Below are positions 49,350 to 64,000 of a stretch of DNA of 64,000 bases, in pieces (the first letter of the stretch is position 1; every line of letters begins with the position of its first letter). The notes below the pieces were generated by a model that worked only from the letters and a program-made list of their open reading frames with translations, searched no databases and had not been told where the DNA came from. The translations under genes were made by a program, and so were the position numbers. The stretch is from Penicillus capitatus (lineage: Eukaryota; Plantae; Chlorophyta): assembly GCA_965649825.1 (NCBI GenBank), contig OZ287702.1, forward strand, positions 124,001-188,000. Reading direction: 5' to 3'.

Positions 49350-51944
49350 TTATTCTCCATCCAGGAACTCTTCGGGGAATAGATGCTCGGGGCTCATAGG
49401 TTCGACGGGATGGAATCCAACAACGTCGTCCTCTAAGAATGCTTGCAATGGAGGCTCCATGGTCGATCCATCTTGTGGCAGTCGTGCACTCTCATGCATC
49501 AACGGGTCGGTGCGGAATCCCGTTTCATGGGTGTTGTCATCGTCGAACGAGATTCCTTGATTGAGAGACAGAGGATCATGTGCATCCTTCATTGTCAAAG
49601 GCCTATCCAACACGTTCTGTCGTCCAGAGAAGCCTCCACTCGATGCGCATCCACTGGTGTTCGACATCCCCTGCGTTCGGTTGGGGGCAGAGATCTGAGA
49701 AGAACCGGCACTGAATCCATGCAGCTGAGAAGGAATGGGCATCTGCCAGACAGATGGCGCATGATCGCGTTGGGATGGACCGTATGTGAACAGGGATGGC
49801 TGTGTGCTGCCTCCAGGCCCATGGGATGGTGGTGGCATCACAGCTCTACCTGTCTGAAATGACAGATGACCTTCACTACAGACAGGCGTCACACTCAGCA
49901 GACATCTCAACATAGAAACAGATGATCCGCTTACGTGCTGACGACGGCATTGCTGTTTGTTCGTTCCGATGAAGTGCTGTTCGTCGGTTGAAGATGACAG
50001 GTTTCTAATGCATATGATAGACTTGAATCTAGATCAAAGGAAATTTCGCGACCATCGTCTGGAGGTCCATTTTCATTGATATGTGCCATCGGACGATTAT
50101 GCCGACTTCCATTAAACAACGGGCCTTGTGAGAAAGGAGCAGTCACTTCATTTGCATTGTTGGTGTTGGCGTTATTATTGGACTGTGGTGTTTGAGCAAC
50201 ATGGAAACCATGAATTCTGCGATATCCGGGCGAGACAGCTGACTGCGATGCTGCTTGGTGTGTGGAAGGACAGGAAGGATTGGAGAATGCCTCTCGTGCT
50301 GCACGCACAGCCGCTGCCATGATGGGATTCGTCTCTGGGCTGGCTGTCAACATACTGTTGACACCAGGCACAGAGCCCATGACTGGAGCAAACGAGCCCG
50401 GTCCAGCTGCCATGTGTGAGGAGTTCGATGCCACACTGTTCGTCAGTTGACTCACAGCAAACATGGCAGCTTCGTGTGCAATGGAATGCGCATTGTTGGA
50501 GAAGGCATGTGGTGCTTGTGGATGCCACGAGGCGCTAAAATGTCGCGCTTCCGGCAGCACTCCAATACCGACAGGTCTCGAGGCTGTTCTCGGAGCGGAG
50601 GGTGGCGGATGAAAAGGTTCAAAAAAGGGAGCTCCTGTGATGAAGGGATGTGCGGTCGCTTGCTCCGCATTCCATCTCTTCTGTGGATCCATCTTCAACA
50701 GTCCTAACAAAAAATCCAGGAAACAGCGTGTATCTTCTGGAGGTCTCGATCCAGAACGCAGCTTGAATTGCTGAATGATGTCACGTAGGCTTGAGTACTC
50801 GAAGTATTTCTTGGCTGTCGGTGCTGTTTCCTGATTCTGCTCTTGAAACTCCGCCTCCGTCAGGAGATGATAGGCATCCTCGTAGATCACATCTCCATTG
50901 GCAGCGATCCTTCTGTGAGGAGCACGTCTGAAGTAGCGACGCAGACGTCTCGAGGCTTCGAGCATCGGCGCAGGAAAAGGTCCCAAAGTCTCGATCATCC
51001 TGGACAGTAAGTCTCTCTCTGAATCGGCTGGAAAGAGTGGCAGTCCCAAGTACAACTCTGCAGCGATGCAACCAAGACTCCACATATCGATGGCCGAGTC
51101 GTAGGGATAGTACAACACCACTTCGGGAGAACGATAGAATCGGCTCTGCACGTAAGAATAGACGGTCTCATGTTCCATACAGGATGATCCAAAATCGATG
51201 ACCTTCACCAGGCCTCTCTTCTCATCTTCCATCAATACGTTCTCTGGCTTCAAGTCTCCATGTATGATATGTTCTTGCCTCAAAACCATTAAAGTCTGTA
51301 GTATCTATACCGCACAGTCGCATTCTGTTTTCCCTTTTCTCACAGATGGTCCACATTGTTGTACTTGTTTGATGAAGTGTCTCACAAGACTGAGCGAAAA
51401 TCCTTGATATCCACTGACTTTAATGAGCTCGAATAGATTTCGTTGTAGGAGCTCGAAGACGAGGCATAAGTGATTTCTGAAACGAAAAGAGTCCAGTAAT
51501 CGAACAAAGTTGTGACGCTCTGGGTTGTAATCTCGACTCAAAGACTGAAGAATCTGTACTTCGACCATCCCCTGCTGATGATAGGCAGCTTGATTCTTAA
51601 TGATCTTGACGGCTACGAAACTGCGATGCATTTGAGACCAACAGCGTAGCACTTGACCAAACGTTCCCTGTCCCAATTTATCAACCGCCAGATAGCTATT
51701 GCATTTATATCAGTAGATGGATCCCAACCATGACCACGACGCACCTTGCGTTCGTCATTTCGTTGAAAAGCACGTCGTGCGTATAGACAATGAGGTCGTT
51801 GTGTTCGTTGTCCCAGCCTTGGTTACCCCTCGGTTCCACAGGTGTCGTGAGCGGCTGTCCCGCGGCGTCCATTGAGTGAGCGACGTGATGTGCCGAGGAG
51901 CCCAAAGGGAACTTTGTTGAGGACGACGATTCGGCCGTCGACAT
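49350..51944 (-). CDS. YAK1: YAK1/DYRK-family protein kinase, multi-exon (start approximate)
   Basis: GWDNEHNDLIVYTHDVL, LGQGTFGQV, KIIKNQAAYHQQGMVEVQIL, IIHGDLKPENVL, KVIDFGSSCMEHETVYSYVQSRFYRSPEV. Last exon joined through gtaagc...tgtag. Confidence 0.92.
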
Positions 51945-53442
51945 GAAAATCGACAAAGAACGAACAAATGCGACAAAAATCGGCAAAACAATTTCCGTGG
52001 ATCCGCGAAACAGCTGTCGGATGACGTTGAACGACCAATGAATACTCTCATTATCGCCACATCGGACAGAGAAGGCAACTCCCTCACGACCGTGACGCAG
52101 TGAGCGAATGCGAATCCAAACCGCAGCTGCAATGAAAGACGATGGCGGACAAGCAGCGGGACGCATGTCGCGTGTGTTATCGCCGTCGGTTGGACACTTC
52201 AGTACAACAGTGTAACGTACTGTCTCAATGCTTGCATGAAAAGTGTGGATCCGTGCACGATGCCCTCGAGCATCGACGTTTAGAGAAGGCTCCAAGACAG
52301 GGACATAGTCTAAGATGTCTGAAGTCACTCTTCTGTACGAGTGGATGACTTCTTGGGGCCACGTTCGTCCGCCGAGAAGTGCACGCAGTCGACGACGCTG
52401 CGTTGAAGAAGACGGCGAGAGAAGGGACACGTGTTGGCGTCGCAGAGCCAAGACTGAACGCATTCGCGTTCTGGAAAGTCGTACGCGACGAGTCTCACTG
52501 TCACCGTCGTCGCCGTGGGTTTTGCTTACTCACTCACAATGATCCTGTTCACCGTCGCGACCGACATCCGATCGGACGCCGCGCCGCGTTGGCCCGTGGA
52601 GAGACCACATCGAGGAGAAAGCAAGGTCGCCGGCAAAGACACAACCGATGCATTGCATCGGTTCCGACGTCGCCATGCGGTTGGATGAACGGACATGACG
52701 CGTGCGTACGTGCGTTCTGTAATCGATCGATCTCTGTCTTCGTCTCCACGCCGCCGTCTTCAGCGTCCGAGAACGAGACATGGTTGTCCATGCCCGTCGA
52801 GGGGGTCCTTTGCTGTCTCTGGTCAAATCCACGTGCCATTGCCCCTCATCTTGTCGCATCGTACGACGACATGATTTCTGTCATATCAAGATGGTACCCG
52901 CGGAGTGGCAACGTAAAGCCAGCAGACGTATACCCTTCACATTGACGCGATCGAGCGCATCGAGTGGCGTCGTTCCGTCGTCTTCTCAGTCAACGGATCT
53001 CGCTGAGCGATACTTCGGTCAGTCCTCTACCGTCTCAAACGTCGAAGTACGGTCCATTTCACTTTGACATACGCGCGATCTATCGCTGACCGTAAATCTC
53101 TCGTCGCCGATGTCGCACCGCGTCGCTTTCTGCTCCACGCGTCGGCTTTCCCGTCCCCGGACGGTCTCTCGTCGCATCGCTGTCTCGTCGCTGGGCCCTC
53201 GTTGAGCGATGTGGTCTTGTCCACGTATGTGCGTGCGGAGTGTATTGCGATTTTTGACGTGCAATTGATATTCTCAATGGCTGCCGCTACGACTGAGAAC
53301 GGCGACATTCCATCGTCGACGCGCAAAACGACAAACGATTCTTCGCATCCGAGTCCGTTCACGAAGATACTCCATCGTTGTCTTTGCCCTCGACATGTTG
53401 CGTTTTTCTTCTGTTTTCCGCGCAACACAAGAAAGACACCTT

Positions 53443-55031
53443 ATGTCACATCTGTATGGACACGGTCCTCTTCCCCGCCTTCTGAAACGGACTGCGACGC
53501 AGGAGGTGGACAAAATGAAACGATCTGCCAGTGCGAGCTTTGACAAAGACGTCTCCAAGAGTACAGAGACGGAGCATTCGAAGAAAATAACGAAATCTCT
53601 TGAGCCAAAGAAAGCGACAGCCAAACCGCATGACGACGAATTCCCCAACCCGGTCCGAAAGACATATGCCACGGAAGAATGGGAGACATGTGTGTTCTGC
53701 CGCGATTGCAGATTCGAGTGAAAAAAGATGATCACTGCATGGTGAAGCCACTCGTACCGGTGGCAGTCAACGACACACCAACGGAGAAGGAATTGGCGGC
53801 GGCCAAAGCTGCACGCATCCGACTTGGATATGAGAAGTCCGATGACCCTCATGCCGTCATTCAAGTAAGCAACCCTATACGCCATGTCCATCCGCATCGG
53901 ACAGGGGATGCCATTGACGAGGAGGAGGCCAACATGGAGTTGAAATGCCCCACTGGCCAAGAACCGACGACGGCCGTGGAAGTTGAGTACATACCGACAG
54001 AGGACCTCAAGCCACTGGAGCATGTAGACCTGACTGTTGCCGTGAGACATACCGTTCGCTCGTTGGCCTTTGTGCATCGTTGCTGTGCTGCAGCACATTG
54101 TGTCTCAGTTAGAGACCAAGGAATGGATCGAGATGTGTCAAGCCTTGAATACGGTACGTCAGTTGGCGATCCACCATCCGGCCGAATGCCTCCCTCTCCT
54201 GTACGTTTATCTTGGCTTTATGGAGAGACTGTTGAGTGATGTCGTGTAGGCCAGACCTAACTCCTGCCGTTCTAAAGCTCTTTAAGAATCCTAGAAGCTC
54301 CGTATGCAAGACGGCTGTGATGTGCTTCGGAGATTTGTTGCATTCTTTGAAAAATGAAATGCTTCCACATTTGGATGTGGGTGGTCTAGCTAGACCCGCA
54401 AACAATGTTCTTTGTCAGTTTCTCCTGAAAGCGAATACAGACAAGCAGTTTGTGGCAGAAGAAATTCATAGAGTGTTGGCTGTGCTGGGTCAAGAGTTGG
54501 ACGTAATAAGACTGTCCACTATGCTGGTACCCTACGCCGCAAAACACAAGAATCCGAAGGTCAGAGGCAAAGCAGGCATCTTACTTGCCTCTGTTTCGGA
54601 GCGCATGATCTCGACAGAATGGAAAGAAGTGGGGTTGGAAGCTATCCTGAAGGTTGCCGCCGTTTTGGTCACAGACAAGACTCCCGATGCACGGGAAGGA
54701 GCTCGACGCATCATCATGTGTATCCATGCCATCTTCCACCAAGACCAAACAGCCAGCACTGTGCGTTTGCCTCTCTCGATGCCTCTTCCACAATGGAGTG
54801 TGTGTGCAGGAGCAGGGTAGAGTAGATGGTGCCGTGAATGTGAATATCTCCATTGTGGACAAGAGTGCGTGCCTGGATGGAAAGCCTCATGAAGATGAGC
54901 CTTACTTGAGTGACTCCTCAGACGAGGAGGAAGCGAAAAAATCGCCTCCTTCGAGTCCATGGAAGCTGTTCTGTGAAGAGCATTTGACCATAACTCAAGC
55001 CATTGCTGTGCTCAAGGTCCAGGCAACATAG
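53443..55031 (+). CDS. TOG/CLASP-N (ARM/HEAT) domain protein, multi-exon
   Basis: VEVEYIPTEDLKP, FKNPRSSVCKTAVMCFGDL, LLKANTDKQFVAEE, KHKNPKVRGKA, VTDKTPDAREGARRII; matches the plant/algal TOG-like ARM-repeat pattern. Confidence 0.8.
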
Positions 55032-55373
55032 CGAGTCGATGGATGCATCGATCCTTTCTTTTTTTGGCCAAATCAAAATTAGACCAGTCCAGATCAGATC
55101 AGACCAGTCGAGACAGATCATAATAAAGATTCAGATCATTCCTGACCGTCATGAGTAGATGAATGGTGACAAGTGTTGCACTTCTTCATCAAATCCTTAA
55201 ATTCGAGGATACCAGACAGAAGAGAGATTTCTTGGGACAGGCCACATGCAAGACGCTCGGCCTCGTTGCATCATGCTTGTGAAGGATGCATGTGTAGACA
55301 TTGTAGAAGGTGATTTAATGGCCGCCATCGAAGCGTAAGATACACATTGTGCAAGGACAGATATTTGTCAAAT

Positions 55374-57341
55374 CTAAGGCCGATGTACACTTGTTGTTCT
55401 GGCCCTCTTTGAGCCATGCGCTTCCACACGAACATTCTCCCAGCGCCGGAGCAGTTGTTGGCAAAGAAGGGTATTGCCCGATGGCATCTCATCTGCCAAC
55501 CTCTTCAATCCCGCCCTCCATTCCTGCGAATCGTCTGTCATAGATGCACGATTCAGATCTCGTTGCAGATCAGGTTCAAGAACGACGCCGTCTGGCAGAG
55601 GAGGATGTGCATCTGGAGAAGGGGATCGCTCAAGGAATGGTCGTTTGACATCCGATTCTTGGATGTTGGCACAGAGCGGATGGGTCGATCCATAGAAATT
55701 GAGCAGCGCTTTGGGACGACGATGCGCTGGCAGTCTCTGCAATTTCTTCTCAAATTTCTCCAGCACTCTCGGTCGTCTCCGTTCGATCGCTGACTCCAAT
55801 GCCTCGGCTTTCAGTTGCTTTTCTCTGGCAACGGCTTGTTTGTCTATGACACCCAACGACAGAGCTTTTCTCTGCGACTCTGCCTTGGCTTCCAATTCTT
55901 TGATCTTTGTTTCGAGCCTGAGAAGAAAGACTCGACTGCTTTGAAGGCCAATCGAAGAGTGATCTCACTCTTTGACTTTCTCTGTATTCTTTTGGTCTCG
56001 GTGATAATCCCTTAATCTCATGAAATGCGCACGTCGCATACCATAGCCGACTTTAAGCGATCCCTGTCTACGCTTCGCCTCCAAGATCTTCTTCACTTCG
56101 ACGTGGGTAAACACAAATTTCCTTGCTTGTTCGATCTGTTCTTTTCGGTCTTCCATATCCTCTTTCGAAGGCAATGGACGCTTATGTCTCTTACACACCT
56201 GCCATTCACACAGTGGCCTGCCTCCCTGTGCGTTGTCAAGAGAGCCACGTTACCTGAACCCAATCCTGGAATTCTTTCTCTGTGATCTCCGAGTTCGAAA
56301 TCACATTCAACCCACTCCAAAACTCAGTCGATGCTCGTTTGAGTCTCAGCTGAAACTTCGTCATCTTATTGAGCAGGCCAAATCTGCCACAACAACCCAT
56401 CAGCGGAAACTGTGGATTCCTGTAGGATGGAGGCACTTGTATGCCTGAATGTCGTCTCTTATTTGACATTCCGTCACTTCGACCATCATGTATTCGTTAC
56501 GACTGTTCTCGGCTTTGGCTGATTCGCTTCCATGCAATCGCACAAAACACCCTAACACCGATTCCTCAAAGTGCGGTTCCACAATCCATCTCTCCAAATC
56601 CGATCGAAAAATCTGAGCGGCCAAGTAGTCTTCATAGTCTGCCTCGTTCTCCACAGCCTTAAATCCAGTGCACCACCATCCTCCTCATGAACCCATATGT
56701 TTTCTGTTCTACTTCTTTGTCTCTCGCATCCGAGTCATCTGTCTCTTTCTCCGTACCCGATTCCTCAGCGCCGCCATCTACCATGGCGAACGATTTTTGT
56801 TCCGAACTCCCTCTCTGTCGTCGAGACAGATGCCTTCGTGATCGTGTTTCGGAGGTGGTGTCCCTGTCTGTGAAGCAAAGGTGAGCTCCTCTTCGCTGGA
56901 TGTCTCGTCCCGCATTCTGCCATCTGCTGCCGATGGAGCCTTCTTGCCAAGTGATGGATCTCCCTCTTCTGTCTAGAGATCAACATGTGTTCCCTCTGTG
57001 ACTGTCCAATGCGCTCGCGCGTTGTGGTTTGCCTTTGTTGTTTCGAGGAGTGACTGTCTTTCGGTGTCACGACGTCTTCTCTCTGCACGTTCGGCCAATT
57101 CGACCTCGCGCTCCACCTCTGTCATCTGCAGCAACCTGCGAACACAGAAATGAAGCATGGCGACGGTATCGACGCGTTTCATGCATTTCTCGGTCGGCGT
57201 CGTCATCGACGAGTTCCTCCGGTAATTCCACATCCTCGACGTCAACCTGCACCTGATCTCTCGGACGCCGAGAGCCATCGAATACGCGATACCGACCGAG
57301 TCCGATGTGCGCAGCTTCGATCCTGAACCATCTTCGGCCAT
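55374..57341 (-). CDS. RTF1: Paf1 complex subunit RTF1/VIP5 (Plus3 domain), multi-exon, start approximate
   Basis: DADREMLLQMTEVEREVELAER; Plus3 motif IFRSDLERWIVEPHFEESVLGCFVRL; ISNSEITEKEFQDW. Confidence 0.85.
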
Positions 57342-57610
57342 CCTTATCAACGACAAATCGACGATTTCGTAAATACGAATGAAGGCTACGGCTGATCGAC
57401 GATTTTAATGAGTAAAGAGAGATCTTGTGTATAGGCGGCTGCACGGTATTCGTCATTTTCGTCGTCGTCATGGAATTGCATTCTTCACAGTTAAGTGTAT
57501 TTTTCATCAGCGGACTATGCACAAGTTATTCGTCCTTTACCACCACCATCAAAACACATGATGGCTGACAGGACTGAGTTCTTCAACGAAGCGTATCCAT
57601 TATCAGAGCT

Positions 57611-61946
<4,336 letters not shown>

Positions 61947-62114
61947 GACGATCTGACGATCCGTTTTCAAATGACGCTCAGAGGCAGAACGCCTCGGAAT
62001 CGTCACTGTCACATCAACAAACCGTTAACCATACTTAAATATCATCACTACAGACGACAGGAGACATGTAAAGTGTCCGTTCTATGGAGAAACGGGGAGA
62101 TTCAGGTTTGAGAA

Positions 62115-64000
62115 TTAAAAATCGAACCGGATGATGAATTCTGGATGGATGGCTTTGTCGTAGATGGCTTGCTTTGCCGAGCAGCGGTCCACGAACCATC
62201 TCTGATGCATAACGAGTATTTTCAGCTGTGGCATCTGGACGACATCAAAGAGACAGGGCACCGAGATTCTGACGCATTCGCTGATGTTCAACTCCTCCAG
62301 TGATGCGCTTCGTCGCACGGCAGAAAGTCCATCAGGCGTCCTAAAAACGAATCCAGCAATGCTCAGTTTCTTCAGCATTCTTGTGGTCGCTATTTCAGAC
62401 AGTCCTGCACCAAACAACCACATCTGATCGATCTCCAGATGCGCGAGAGGATCGACCTCTCTGTGTGATCCCGGGGCAGAAGCTAATATCGATATCCTCC
62501 AGTACAGGATGCTGACATAGCGCACGCATCGCCGCGTCACGAACCGAAGTGCAGCCCTTGATGTGCAGCAGCTTCAACAGCGGCATGGAGTGGGTCAGTT
62601 GCGACAGAAATGCATTGGTCATACCACAGCAACTGTAAGATCACACATCCTTTGATTGGAGTGATGTGACAGGCTGGCTCACGCACCCTCGGATTTCCAG
62701 TTCCGTCAGGCGAGAGCACTGCAGGAGAATGGGGAATTCTTTTTCGACGGCTGTGTTTCGAACAGATTGCAATCGTAGGACCTGAAGATCTGTGACGGCG
62801 TCCCAGTATCGTGTCCACCAAATGCAATTTGAGTGGACCGATCCGCCCTTCATCGTCAAGCTCGTCATGGGCGACAACTGCATCAACCCTTCCATTACTT
62901 TTTTGAAATCGACAGAGGGCGGAGTGTGGATCAACATATGATCCAACCCAATGTCTCTTCGTGCCTGGCCAAAATTGCAGAGTCCTGGACATCAGCAATG
63001 CCAACACAAGTCTTTTCTGCCAGCGACAGACCAGATTTCTCGCTGCCATCGTAAGTAAGAATGAGGGTAGATAACGAAGGAAGTGCTCCGAGGTAACGGA
63101 ATCCATAGTCTGTAGGAGAGCAGTGACAGATGTTGAGCACCTTCAGCGATGCAAAACGCGAGATCTCTTCCGATCTGTCAAATGTTATTGCTGGATTTCC
63201 ACTGACATCCAACTCCGTCAAACACGGAAGAGCCATTGCCTACTCTCGCACATCCATGAAGCCAAGACGTGCGACAAGAGATCTACCAGCGACTCCAAGC
63301 AGACATCATCGATATGCTGGCAAGCTTTGAGTGAGAGATACGTGAGTTTCTTCATCTTGCATGCGCATTCCAACAAAGCTACGCAGCACAACGTACACGT
63401 CGTGTGCATTGAGGACAGAGCTGGTGCTTCAGTGCATGTACTCTGCTTTGTCACAGGGACGGCATTTAGATTGAGTCTCTCGATGTGGATCATATCTTTG
63501 AGAACGTGAAGTTTCCAGTTCTCAATGTCTGTGTGCGCCAACGACAGCTCAGTCAGATGATCCTTCATTCCCGTCACCATCATCGAAAAAGCACACGAGT
63601 GCAAGAGAGTGCTGCCTTGCAAGTTTAAGGATTTTAATTTCTTGATCGGGAAGTGAAACTCCGTAGAGCTATACAACATCCTCTAGGAAAGAGAGAAGGC
63701 ATGAGATCAGAATGGGTAGTGTTTTGGTGAACATACATACCTCAGACATCGTCAGCTCTTCCAGCCGTTCAAACTTTACACCAAGAGGCCGAGAAATGGA
63801 CTTTAGAGGATGGGTAATGTGCACGCTGCGGATCTCGGCATCGATGTATTGCTGCCACGTTCGACAAACGCATCTCAACTGTTTGATCTGCCACCAACAG
63901 ATACATTCACACCATGTCCATTTCAAGCAGGAGTGTGACATTCGAACGGTGGATGCGTTCGACCACAGAGATCAGGAAGTTGCGCGGAAGTTGACTCCAG
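62115..64000 (-). CDS. F-box/leucine-rich repeat protein (5' end beyond window)
   Basis: QIKQLRCVCRTWQQY (F-box tail), followed by AMN1-type LRRs (LTELSLAHT, LTYLSLKACQHIDD, LKVLNICHCSPTD, LEELNISECVRIS). Confidence 0.85.

Noticed and set aside
52000-53400. Extra gene(s) between YAK1 and the TOG protein
   Set aside because: Overlapping GC-rich ORFs without motifs. They may be UTR or upstream YAK1 exons; unsupported without transcripts.

Overview
Gene-dense window from a compact-genome eukaryote, most likely a green alga (plant-type ferritin, ZDS, thylakoid FKBP16-1-like, branching enzyme; standard code; mostly ~45-70 nt introns). About 20 recognisable host genes are tightly packed: UTP3/SAS10, TMX2, RPS5, ferritin, RPL37, SRPK, a DEP + MerA-like oxidoreductase, FKBP, ARL1, APC8, NAA40, U1C, ATG16, DNA2, SBE1, YAK1, a TOG/ARM protein, RTF1, DBP2, ZDS and an F-box/LRR gene. 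Two paralogous secreted Cys-rich proteins are also present. The exceptional region is 36.3-47.3 kb, a layered insertion bracketed by a 570-bp direct duplication of the SBE 5' end. It holds (i) an inverted partial copy of the ZDS gene found intact at 59.7-61.9 kb; (ii) a young, compact Ty3/gypsy element in a ZDS intron (178-bp LTRs, TSD CTTTT), whose pol is split by a second, non-autonomous LTR element (identical 336-bp LTRs, TSD GGAAA); and (iii) two head-to-tail units, each made of a captured ZDS/ATG16 chimera, a 52-bp-type repeat array, an unknown ~100-120 aa ORF and a conserved Y-shaped hairpin. These units are the best candidate for an undescribed mobile element. Other highlights are a probable poison exon in the conserved DBP2 intron, a degenerate dUTPase-like domain and a membrane-anchor-like Gag N-terminus in the retrotransposon, and a branching enzyme with no apparent transit peptide. 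All calls were made by eye; no database searches were run, and exon boundaries are approximate where stated.
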